The notes below the pieces were generated by a model, which saw only the letters and a list, made by a program, of their open reading frames with translations, did not search any database and was not told the DNA's origin. The translations under genes and the position numbers were made by a program. From Chlorokybus atmophyticus (lineage: Eukaryota > Plantae > Mesostigma and Chlorokybus algae), in assembly GCA_009103225.1 (NCBI GenBank), contig RHPI01002090.1, positions 1,535,932-1,599,931 of the forward strand: a stretch of DNA of 64,000 nucleotides, in the 5' to 3' direction. Positions 52,379 to 63,931 of this stretch are shown piece by piece (position 1 is the stretch's first letter; every line of letters begins with the position of its first letter).

Positions 52379-54599
52379 AAGAGGTTAAGCGCATCAGCAT
52401 CTATTTGTGATAACAACATGAACATGAGGCAGTGCTGTACCCTCTGCTTTGAAAGGGAAGACTTCTCATGCACCCACGCGACCTTCTTTGGCAGCTCGCT
52501 CGTGACCCGGTCGTCAAAGTCCATCGCGCACATGATGCCCCATACTTGTATGCCTCCCATTGCAATGAGAAGACTCGATGACATGCACGTGTGCGTTTTG
52601 CATGCAAGTACAAGTGTATGCGTGCCAAGTGCGCTTGTACGCGAGTGTATGTGTTTAAGCGTGTGTGAACTTACAGGTGTTGGAAACAGGAGCAGGGGTT
52701 GCGCAATGACACGCGAAACTTGAGCTTTTAGCGCACGCCGATGTGCGCATAGTGGGCGCCGTTATTGAGCAACACACTCAGCGTCTGCATGTAATCCGAC
52801 GTGCCGTCCACAATGTACCGCATAGTCTACAAAGAATCATTGCTATTGTTGTTGCAAGTGATCGGGATTGTGACCATTTTTAGACAAATGTGACAGTGCA
52901 ACAATGACGGACACAAAGACATTGGCAGTCAGTGGTGCCGTACACAACATAATAGCTTCGGTGATGTTTGTTGTGGTTATCTGTGTTGTTGTTGTTGTTT
53001 TTGTTGTTGTCATGCAGACGGCAACAACAAGAAGAACAAGAACAAAGCACCTCACTCTTTATGCCCTCCTCGTCGCTGTTGTTTTTTACTGCTTGTTGGC
53101 AGTGGCGGTGAAGTGACATGTCGTGTGCAACTTAATCTAGGCTTGCATTCGTGCAACACATTCACGCATGCGCACCTGCATGCTCATACGCAGACGCAAG
53201 CCCACACATATTAATGTTGCTATGGCTGAGGTCCAACAAAACTAGGTTACAAAACCTCACCGGTGCGTATTGGTGTGCTCTCCCAGTAGCCCGCCTGTCC
53301 TTAAAGAGCAAGTGGCAACCGCAGATGCAGCGTGTGCATTGCAGGGCCTGCACGTGTACATATGTGTAAGCGTGTGCGACTGTCATTATGAGTGTATGCG
53401 CGTGTATGCGCGCATTGGCTAGTGTGCGCGGCAGTGTGCAAGCGCAGTCAAGTTTACGCGTATACTTGGTTTAATTGATCATGAGCATGTGCGTGTGTGC
53501 TCATGTGCCTTCACTATCATAGCGATGTGTGAGACACGCAGGCGCGTGTGCCACGCACAGTGTGTGGTTGCGATGTGCGGGTATGCTGGTGAGTTACTGA
53601 GTTAATGAGCAAGAGATCAAGGCTAGTGTCCTTTTAAATCTCACACCACAACAATACTCACTTATGCGGTGGAGCCTCCTCGGCCAACGCAGTAGATTTT
53701 TTGCGCGCACCTTTAAGGTTCTGGTCTTTTAAACTGACAGTAATTGACTATTGGTTGTTGACAGTTGACTATCAACCAAGAGTCAAGAGCTGTCGAAGGA
53801 AGGGCTTTTGGGTAGGTCAAAGATATCAACAGCCCCCGACTGTCGGCAGCTACCAGTCGAGGGCTGCAGCTGTCATGAGAAGGGCTGTACTGTTGGTGGT
53901 TAAAAGGGCAGGGAGAAAGGCACTAATGGGTAAGAGGGGAACAAAATGTTACCGCATGCTACATTACAATGCTCACAAGAACATGTACGACATATGTAAG
54001 GCACGTGGCTCGTTTTACGATAGCAACGTATGCCTTTACCTAATGAATCAAGCGCCGCATAAGAGACATATTTGCTCAACTCGTGTATGCATAGTGACAT
54101 CTATGATAATTTGCATTTAACGCATGTTTCGAAATTCAACACATGCTGCATAATTCAATGTAAGGTGGTATTAATGATCATGATAACATTAATCATGTAA
54201 AATTTATTGTATACCGGTATACAATAATAAGGTTTCACATTATGTATATAACACTGTCATAATAATACACTGCTTGTCGTATCAACCGTAGTGAATGGTG
54301 GAGTGTACGATGAATCGATGCAAATATGTAATAATGTTATGCTACAAACGCGAGTGTTCAAGTCATGAATTCTTTACTCAAGCCGAAAGTGGGTAAGTGA
54401 AATGGTAACACATGTGTGTACAAATTGTTGATTACGTGCGGAACGGCAATGATGTTTGCATGGCGTTAATGTTTTGATAGAGCAGTAAGTCGCTGTCGGG
54501 GAGCGGGTGAGCAGCTGCACTACGCTGATATCTAATAACGTCACTCTGTCCATATAATACATTTAAAGCAGTAAACTTGGGTTGTAAAGGCTTATGTGG

Positions 54600-55635
54600 A
54601 ACCTATGACCCTAATCTGTTGGGTTGAGGAGAGTCGAAAGCCACATTGTCTCGGGCCGCTGCAGGGAAAGACATGCTTGCTGCAACATGTTATGACATGC
54701 AGCAAAAGTAGAAGATAACCCAGCTCGGAGGGTAAGGAGTGCTTGGCGGGGCTGCTCCACTGTCGCTGAATCACACGCACATGTGGAGGCGGTGTTCTCC
54801 TTACAGTCAACAAGCCACTACTATAGGTAGTGCTGTTTACACAGTTCTTTATATGAGCGGAAAATGTGTTACACTGTTAAGTGAGGTGAATGAGCAAGCA
54901 ACACGTGGATAGTATGCCCTGACTGATGCCAACAAACACACTGCAACCAGGCATATCAAGCTCACAGCGATGACCAGCACGATGCACACACAAGCATGCA
55001 CAGGCTCTCACACAGTGAGGGGGTTCTTGGTAATCAAGATGGCGTGTTCGTAGTTCAAGTCGTTTCACAAGCTCTTAGCTTTCTCACTCACAGTGTCACC
55101 AGCTGATCCAGTGAACACTGACTACTTATATAAGTCAAATCATGACTGTTCAGAACATAAGCTAACGGTCATATCGCGGCTATTTCCACAGCAATCACCA
55201 CTCGATATAGAACACAACTTATAACCGAATAGCTACGCGCGGTGCATATGTAGACTATGGTCGTGAGCTACTCTGGAGTCATGACCTAGCTGGTCAGAGA
55301 CGCGTGCGCGCTGGTATGCTGGTAGGTTGGGCGATGGTTTCAATGTAGACATGCCCGATGAAGGCTGGTATGCGTGGGCACTAGGCATGACAGCTGTCGG
55401 GTCAAGAAGAGTCGAGGGTCACATTGTCTCAGGCCGCTGCAGGAAAAGACATGCTTATTAGCCCTGTCGCTGCAACATGTTATGACACGCAGCAAAAGTA
55501 AAAGATAACCCAGCTCGGAGGGCGAGGAGTGCTTGGTGGGGCTGCTCCGCTGTTGCTGAATCACACGGAGATGTGGAGGCGGTGTCCTCCTTAGTGTACA
55601 TGCTACATGTGCTGTAGGGTACACAGTCAACAAGC
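54600..55635 (-). repeat. Two diverged copies of a 210-240 bp sequence (about 54600-54815 and 55390-55635); the right copy is the probable start of the 3' LTR of the PHD-Gypsy element
   Basis: Aligned by eye; right copy has a 30-nt insertion; on the minus strand a G-rich PPT (55635-55641) precedes TGTTGACTG at 55632. Confidence 0.7.
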
Positions 55636-55676
55636 CCCCCCTGGGCTTCTGGGGAGGTACCAGCTCCAGAGCTTAG

Positions 55677-56910
55677 TTGTTAACGAAGGTGAGGAGGACC
55701 GTTGGTGCGGCAATCGTCGCACTAGTACTCCTCTTTAGGTATTGCGTCCAATGGGGGCTTCAAACAGTAGCAATGCAGGCCCTTGTTACAGCCATCGCAG
55801 AGCATCATGAGCGCGTCGTCGCTGGCGCTGCTGCAGCGTTCACGGCGTGTGCTGCGGGCGGGGCGAGGGTGCTGGATGCGTGTAAAGCCAGCTATGTAAG
55901 GAAGGTGACATGGCGTGCAGTTTACCATGTTGTCTTTTGCCCTCTCGCCATTTTTACCGAGGAGGTCCAGCACTCCCATGGGGTACACCTTGAGTACCTT
56001 GTAGACGGTCCGGCCCACGGAGGTGTCGAGCGTGTCCTTGGTGGCTGCCATGCGGTAGGCGAGTCCCCTGCCTGCAACCGCCGTTGGCGCTCCTTGTGAA
56101 AGCCGCTCCGCACGCGCTCGTAGCGCAGGGTGTCGCGGTCCTGTGCGATGCACAGGTTGTTGAACGCCATTGGGACGGTGTGCTCGAACAGTGTGGCGCG
56201 TGTGGTAATGTCGTGGTGCATCCAGTCGGGATCGTCGAACTTTTCGCCACACGGTATACTTCCTGCTGTGCACGAAAGGGAAGCAATGGCGGACGCCCGA
56301 ACAGCAGGTAGTATGGGCTGTACTCGCGCAGAGCCGCCTGCTTTGACAGTCGGTATCCAAGAGCCATCCACGGAAGGTGGTTGTCCCAGGTGTTCTTCTC
56401 ATACTCCAGCACGTACTTGTGGAGTGCCTTCTTGATATTCTGTACTGTCCGCTCGGCGAGACCGTCGGCTTGGGGGTGGTCACGCGAAGTGCGGCGATGA
56501 TCGATGTAGCATCTGTCCAACAGGGTGTCGAACTCCCCTCTGAACTCAGTGCCCTGGTCGGTGATGACCTCAGCGCAGCTGCCGAACCGGCTGAGGACAT
56601 GGGAGAGGAAGGCTTGAGACACCCTCCTACTGCTCTTGTCGGGTAATAGCACCAGCTCCACCCATTTGGAGAAGTGCTTGATCATGACTAGGATGTAGCG
56701 GTTGCCCCGTGCCGCGGGTGCCAAGTCTCCCAAGATGACGAGTCCGCAGCGATGAAAAAGACCGAAGATGGGGAGAGGGTGCAAGGTGGCGCTGCGTGTG
56801 TTGGGGCTGGCGCGTACATGTCACACTGTCGGCAGTGACTGACGAACCCCTGCACCTGTTTGGACAGCCCATACCACCAATATTGTGCCCTTACCACGTC
56901 GCAAATTTTA
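55677..56910 (-). pseudogene. 5'-truncated Gypsy integrase with C-terminal PHD finger
   Basis: YWWYGLSKQVQGFVSHCRQC (H2C2 half); VITDQGTEF; HPQADGLAERTVQNIK; MMLCDGCNKGLHCYCLKPPLDAIPKEEY*CDDC; frameshifts and a stop. Confidence 0.9.
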
Positions 56911-57459
56911 CACGGTGACTGACTAAGGACTGAGGGACTGACTGGTGCCTGAGCCTGCCTGAGCCTGCCTGTTGCTGCCTGAAATATTACTTTTGGACTG
57001 TTGGGTTTGCCGTTGGCTTAAGTGGACTGACGCAGACGGCCGCGGGCCGAAAGTGGTTGTCAGCGGCACTAACCGGCCGAGAGTTGTCAACCAGTTACCC
57101 TTTAGTCGATGTGCACAGACGGCCGTTGACCGGTAGTTACGGACATCTGACAGCAATAGCCGGCAGTTTCTTTGCTGTTACACTGCTGTTAATATGTGAC
57201 CCTTTCCGTTTGACGAAAGTTGGCAATTCTTGCCGTAAGCCAACACTAACATGCCATGCAGCTTGTACAAACCTTGGACTGATTGTTTGGTCTTGCACCT
57301 AAAAGCCCACAATATATACAATGTACGGGCAGTGGTGAGAGTATGTCCACTTACAACTGAGCAGCCGACTTGCGCATGAAACTATCCTATAACATTGAGT
57401 CTAGCTGTCGGACTCATGCGCAGCTTGTCAACCCGTGGTGCCTGCCTCAGAACTCCTCC

Positions 57460-58315
57460 TCAAACCCCCTCCTCCTGTTCCTCCTCCGACGAGTCTTCTG
57501 CTTCAACGCCGGAGTCATCTTCATCCGCTGCCTCGCTCGCTGACAGTACAGCGGCTACTTCGTCCTTCAGCTTGAATGTCAGCGCCTCGCCGTGCACGCG
57601 CATGCGCTTGATGGTCGCTTTGAGAGTGACCACCTGCATTTGGTAATGCTGTAAGAGTGGCGTGCTGCCAGAGGACTAGCCCATCAGCATACACACGCTT
57701 ACCTCGTCTTCCGCTTTGTTGCACTCTGCCAGGCAGACAGTCAGCCTGCCGCGCTGCTCTTGGTTCACTCTGACCAAAATGGCAATCTGCAAGCATACTG
57801 CTTAATTACCGCTGGAAACATTAAACTAGGTCATAGATTACCCGTTCGTTTGACTCCGCAGCTTCTCTTTTGCGACTTGTGAGCTCCCGCAAGTAGAAAT
57901 AGGCTGTGCATTTGCGAGATTGGTCATGCTGTTCATGTGCATGACACTGGAGGTTGTGCATGAGGGTGTGCATGTCGTATTGACAATGTATGTCAAGTGC
58001 AAGATACTTGAGGCTGTGCATGTGCAAGATAAAAGAACCCTAGCATGTGGCATTGACAGTGCATCGTAACCCACCTTGGTTATGCCAGTCTTGTTTGGTC
58101 CCTTCAATCATGTCGCCGTGGTCGCAGCTGCTGGTGGGTCGGATTTTCTTAGAGGCAGTATTGTGGTGTGCCTTTGCCCACTCGGAGGGGGAGCCCTGTA
58201 AGATATCGCCCGAGTCACTGTTGTCATTGGATGTGCCCTTGGTAGTCTTGGTGGGGTTTGACACCGAGGACACCCCTCCGGCACCCTGCCCGCCCTGTGC
58301 GAACATGGAATTCAT
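57460..58315 (-). CDS. Four-exon 186-aa unknown protein with an acidic C-terminal tail
   Basis: Exons 58315-58075, 57903-57842, 57786-57703, 57633-57460; all introns GT-AG, phases compatible, 561 nt with no internal stop. Confidence 0.7.
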
Positions 58316-58475
58316 CCCGGACCTCGACCACAATGCCCACTACGCCCCTGGCAGCGCCGCCAACGATCTTCCAAACGCCACATACCCTCGGCATCACGCC
58401 CCTGTAAGGGCATAGCTTGGCGGAGCTATCAATGGTGTTTTCATGCGCAGGGGGACTGACATTGCCAGAGTTGTC

Positions 58476-58674
58476 AATGGTACGAACTGCCATTGCCATT
58501 GTACAAAGGTACCATTTCAATGGTACCTTTGTACAATGCCTAGACCTTTTGGCAAAGGCATCTTCGTACCATTGAAACGGTTCAATCAGAATATATATGT
58601 ATATAAAAATATCCAGAGACTCACCCTGGACGTGCAATGGCTCGATCGTACCATTATAATGGTACGACGGAGCC
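58476..58674. promoter_or_regulatory. Array of six AATGGTAC motifs in alternating orientation forming two palindromes between divergent element genes
   Basis: 20-bp perfect arms 58497-58516/58519-58538; perfect 22-bp palindrome 58646-58667; further motifs at 58476 and 58564. Confidence 0.7.
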
Positions 58675-58824
58675 AGTGACTGGCGGCCAAGTTTCCCGCC
58701 TCTGGCATGCAGCGGTAGCGGTAGCGGTGGCGGTGGCGGTGGCGGCGGCGGCGGCGGGTGTGCGTGTTGCTGGATATGATGCAGGTTACATTGGCGACAC
58801 CTGTGTCGACGTTAGTAGTGAGAT

Positions 58825-61800
58825 ATGGGAGTCCTTTGTCCGTATTGCCACATGCGCTTCGCCACACGCAGCTCGGTCTACATGCACATTATTAGCAGCA
58901 GGGTGTGCAAGCAGATCAAGCTGTATGTCGGCCAGCGTCCATTACAGTACGATGCGGGTCATGTTGAACCGGGGAGTTCGATCCAGGATGCTCACATGCT
59001 TGATGCTGAAGGACTCCTCCAGGAGACACACGCACAGCAGCAACAGGAGGAGGAGGAAGTGAACGAGGGCTTTCGATGTGTGCGTGTGCCTGAGAAACCT
59101 GTGGCACGCCAACATGGAAGTGGAGGCGTCCCTTCGCACGCGTCGGAATCCAGGTGGTATGGCTCGGAGCATGCTCTTGCAGTGGCATTCGTGCAGTGCA
59201 ACAACGGCCAAGGCCTGTCGGCCTCCGACATGGGGCGGATCATCAAGTGCATCCGAAATGCACACTTCCTGACGGAAGACCTCCAGTGGGAGACCGGTGT
59301 GCATGCGGCCAGCTACCTCCGGACCACGATTGCTTTCTCTCAGTCTGAGGTGTGTTCACGGTGTGCGGTGCATGTGCTTCAACCATCAGAGCCATGTCAC
59401 ATATGCACATGCGAGTGTGCTGCCGTATCAGAACTACGTGACGGCTGACCTGCGCAAGCCTGGAGACCCTGAGGATCAGGACATCTGCGTCACATATATG
59501 CCGGCCAAGGTCTGTGAAATGCAGTACCTAATGCAGTATCGATGCAGTATCTATTCTGAGGCCAGCATAGTAAGTAATGCTCTTGGTCGGAGCAGGTATG
59601 GCTCGCGCGGTTGTATGGCAATCCACATGCCGCCAATGGCTTCAATCTCCAGTACACTGGTGACGAGCACAGCTTTGGCCATCCTTCCACGGGCGATTGG
59701 TGGAAGGATGTGGAGGTGGATTTGAGGAGAGAGGTGGGGGAAGCGTCCTACTTGGCGCCTGCCATTCTGTACAGTGACAAGACCACGCTGGACAGCGCGG
59801 GCAAGCGCTCTGGCTACCCTCTGATGGCATCGCTTGCCAACTACAGTTGGGACATGTATGCTAGCAACATGGGGGTTGTTATGATAGCGCTTCTGCCGGT
59901 GGTTCACGCAGTGGCCGGGCATCCCACCTGGGCGCAGGGCAAGGAATCGTTCTCCATTCGGAAACGTGAGATTTTTCATGACGCTTTGAATGTAGTGTTA
60001 GGGGATGTGAAGCGGGCGAGTTGGGAAGGTCTGCAGCTCATCGACCCGAATGGCATCGAGCGTCGTGTGTTTCCCGCGCTTGCCAACTACATCAGCGATT
60101 TGCAGGTAGTGGGCATGAATGGTTGTAACCGGATGCAGCCTGCCAGCAAACAGTGCATGGAGGATGTTGTCAGTAGAACATCTGAGTTTGTCGTGTTGTA
60201 GGAGACTACTACACTCGCACGCACTGTGTCGGGCAACCAAACACGACATCCTTGCGATGTTTGTCTCGTTACCAAATCAGATCTGTTGGAGATGGATGAG
60301 GACCGGGTATTGAGAACCGAGGCCTTCTACACACCAGCAATACGTCAGCTGCGGGCGGACCTGCATAGCGGTGTTAGGAATGCACGCCAGACAGCCAAGG
60401 CTTTCAAAGAGCAGCACTCCATGCATGTCGAGGAGGTAATGGTCAAATTACCGGCATTCGTGAGGATGAATGGCTTTCCGTGAAACCAGGCAATGTGGTT
60501 TGGCAACAGAATGCACTGTGGGGTTGGCGACAGTCGTGGGTGCCGGGAGCTGACTGCTACTCTCGTCTTGCCCCTGACGCAATGCATGTGCTGGGAGGCA
60601 TCATTGACCACCTGCTTGCTGCTGTGTACGACGCTGCGAAGGCACGAATGCGTCCGTCCCTGAGATAGATTCTGCAGGCCAGGCACGTCTTTGATGTGGC
60701 TTTTGTGTTGAACACAAAAGCCAACAACACGTGCTCACGAGCAGATGTGCACAGGCTGAATGCATGCAAGGCGACTCTGCGAGTTTCGCACTTCAAGGCA
60801 CCCACAAGCACAGTAGATTTCTTCCTGTCCGACCACTCCTTTCAGGTGGTGGAGAAAGTGGCGGTGCTGCAGCTGCTGCCGGTCCTCGCAGACGGTTTGC
60901 TGCTCGACTGAGGGCAACAATTTCTTCACCATTGCTGCCGCATCGCTTGCCCAGTGGAACAAGAAGTTGCTGAAGGCGCATGAACACACAAGAGAGACCC
61001 TGACCACAGCCGACAACGAGCTGGCTGCCTTCAAAGCTGCAGTCTTGCATCCGCTACTGTCGTCATATTCTGCACAGAAGTCAGGTTGGAAGATCGAGAA
61101 GATGCATCAGCTCACTCATTTTGGGCCGGCAATTGTCAGCAGTGGACACCCAGATTGGTTCAGCGCCAACCGCATGGAGCAGACGCACGCCCAAAATATC
61201 AAACGGTGGGCGCGTGGTGGCAACAACCGGGACTACCATGCACGTATCCTGAAGGCATGGAGCTGTGCGGAATATGTGAGAGAGGATGGCATGGTCGTGG
61301 ATCCCGAGATGCGCTCGGTCATGGCGCAGGCGCGGCAGCAGTGCTGTAATGTCATGGAGAAGACGGACAAGTTGCTACGGATGGATGTGCTGACAAGGAG
61401 GGAGTCCAGCCCGTACTGGAGCGGATCTGCGCGTAGCCGACAGCTGGTTGAGGAGGGACTGGTTGAGGAGGGAACAAGTCGCCTTAAAGACTCCATTTGC
61501 CGACAAGCTGCCTGCCACCGTGGACAGCTGGTTGAAGAGGGAACAATTGGAGTTGGCCGACGGGTGGCGTGCTGTTCGCGTGGTGAACGCAGGCGCAGCG
61601 GTGTACATGACATCAGGAGTCAGCATGGCGCGCGCAACTGGGATGTTCCATGGGCGGCCTTGGTTCTCTACACTTGAGTTGGAAGGTGATGAGGACGGTG
61701 TGAACGTGACGTGGTGGGCTCAGGCACTCCTTTTTCTGCGCGTGGTGGTGTGGGGTGGTAGCGGCGAGCGCGTGTGGAAGGAGGTCGTGTTTGTCCGCTG

Positions 61801-61999
61801 GTACACGAAGCTGGATGTGACGAGCGACACAAAGTGCATCGCTCTGAAATGGGAAAAGCGTCGAGGCGGTCCACATCTTGATGTCGTGACTCTGGAGCAA
61901 GTAAAAGGCATTGTCCAGCTGCTCCCCATGTTTGACAAGGACAGCGCCCATGTACAAGAGGGCAAGTATTGGGTGAACGTTCACTACACTTCCACGTGA
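58825..61999 (+). pseudogene. Plavaka transposase, spliced, disrupted by one in-frame stop and at least two frameshifts
   Basis: N-terminal CPYC..H..C finger; HPSTGDWW; APAILYSDKT; YPLMASLAN; YISDLQ|E; HPCDVC; PDAMHVLGGIIDHL; KMHQLTH; MEQTH; C-terminal FVRWY...VQLLP...YWVN. Exons 58825-59349, 59432-59509, 59596-60105, 60202-60435, 60510 onward; TAG at 60666; shifts near 60900 and 61400. Confidence 0.88.
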
Positions 62000-62202
62000 C
62001 ACATGTACTTGTCTCACTACTCTGAGTTTGGTGCATATCAGTCAGTTAGGCATTGCTAATTGTATGCTAAGACTTTTGCATGTGGACGTGTACAATACCG
62101 GGCAGCTGTCACTGCACAACTGTTACCACAATCGAATGATCCATGCAACATTCAACAATCAGTCCGCCGTGTGGCATTAAGCATCAATACAGTGCACCAC
62201 AC

Positions 62203-63931
62203 TCAAGCCTCATAGTTCCATGACACAGGAGGGTAGTCACAGCGCATATCCATTGTTTCAAGCATGAGACGCCCTATGCACTCCGCCATTGCGGGAGGAA
62301 CTGCATTCGCTATGGAAACGGCCGAGGTCATCCATGGCACTCCCAGCGCTGTTTGCCACGCAGCAATGCCGCCCCTGGTGCTTGGAAGGCCATAGACCGG
62401 GTACATCTGCTGTGGCGCGTTTGATGTCACGATTGTCTTCTTCGCGCTAGTGGACAGGTGCGGCGATAGCAGTCCAACTGCCTTACCCGCGTGCGAGCAG
62501 CGTGCTGGTGGGGTAGCTACCACTGGCTGTGTCTCAAACAGACGGTGTCGGAAAGTTGATAGGCCAAACATCGTGCCACAAAGGGACAGATTGGGTCTGA
62601 ATGAGGAAGCTGCTCCAGGCACATTCTCAATCACAAACTTGACCTGGCTTGCAAGCAGCAGACGTCGGACAAGCGGTATCATATTCTGGTGTCTCCAGGA
62701 TGTGCCATGTGCCGCCCGTTGAGGTGCCGGGATAGCACCTGAATAGGCCTGGCATGGTGGACTGGCCCAGATGAGCTCGTACTCGCTCAGCTCTCCTGCA
62801 CTCAGGGTGCATACATCGCGGTGTATGAAGGGCAGCGGGTACTCGGAGGAGGGACTTATGTCCATCCCGGTCACGTCAAAGCGTGAGTGGTATAGACCGA
62901 CACTGGCACCGCCACCGCCGCAGAATAGGTCGAGTGCCCTTGGTCTGCGTGTGCGTCCCAGCTTGTTGTTAAATGGCGTGTATGTGGTCAAGGTTGGCCG
63001 TGGTGCTGGCCAAGGACTAACAATGATGCTGTCCGGGCTTACTTTGCGACTGACGTTCTCCCCTCCGGCGCGCAGAACATGGCGTGCCCCGTCAACTGAT
63101 GTGTACGCAAATACGTTGTGCCCTTTGAAGTTGATGGTTTGTGGTCGATCACCGTCATCGAATACTATACGGTGCTGCCTTGCAAAGACATTTTCCATTG
63201 CACCATGCATATATGATGCGTCCTCAATCTCGCACGCCACGAAGCGATGCTGACCTGACGCTTGCTTGAATGATTCCACAACGCCCGCATACCATTCCCC
63301 ATCCAGCGGCCAATGCACCATGACACTCACACCGATCAGCTGCTCGCATCCCAACTTAACTGCGTTCCGCAGCCGATGCAGTGCGCTGTCCAACGGTCGA
63401 TGGTCTGCCTCCTCTACAGCGGCCAGGGGATGGAACTGCCCACGCCCACACCGTGCAAGACTGCTCTGAATGCGACAACAGCTTCAACATGCATGAAATA
63501 AGCATACGCCCAACATAACATGCAGTGATACGTCGCGGTCCACTCTTGTGGATTACCTCCACAGCATCCACCACCTGTCCACTAACCACATGTCCCGGTG
63601 TTGTCCATGTGAAGAAGCGCATGGGTTCCCCTCGCCACTCGAAGCATGAGCGCGAGCACGATTCGCACACGCACTGCACGCAATGGAAAAACTCGGGTTC
63701 CTTGCACAGCACTTGGCCGAGGCGGCAGCCAAACACGTCGACATTGTGTGTGGTGTGATGCCAGCAAGCAGCACTAAAACCGTGGCACACTGTCTGCACT
63801 CGCTGGCATTCGGTCAAGTGTGCTCGCATTTGCTGCCTACGGCCATTGGCACATACGTACGCATTGCATTGTGGGCACACCAAGCATGGTCTCCTAGGTG
63901 AGGGTGATTCAACTGCTGCCGCCGACATCAT
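62203..63931 (-). CDS. Cys/His-rich domain + Tudor-like domain + prokaryote/phage-type C5 cytosine DNA methyltransferase fusion (about 520-545 aa)
   Basis: Motif I LDLFCGGGG, II GMDI, IV WASPPCQAYS, VI FVIENVPG, VIII LCGTMFGLSTFRHRLFE, X NAVPPAMAECIG; Tudor-like VHWPLDGEWYAGVV...HRIVFDDGD; GT-AG intron 63556-63466 joins the two ORFs in frame. Confidence 0.9.

Noticed and set aside
58637-59062. ORF starting at 58637 as the transposase start
   Set aside because: Different frame from the Zn finger; a TGA at 58819 precedes ATG 58825, which opens the CPYC finger frame.
60620-60677. Mini-intron rescuing the transposase TAG at 60666
   Set aside because: It would be shorter than the other introns here (about 75-100 nt) and the frame continues directly; treated as a nonsense mutation, though RNA data could overturn this.
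62203-63393. Bacterial contamination as the source of the MTase
   Set aside because: The gene has spliceosomal intron(s), eukaryotic reader domains and contiguous intron-containing neighbours.
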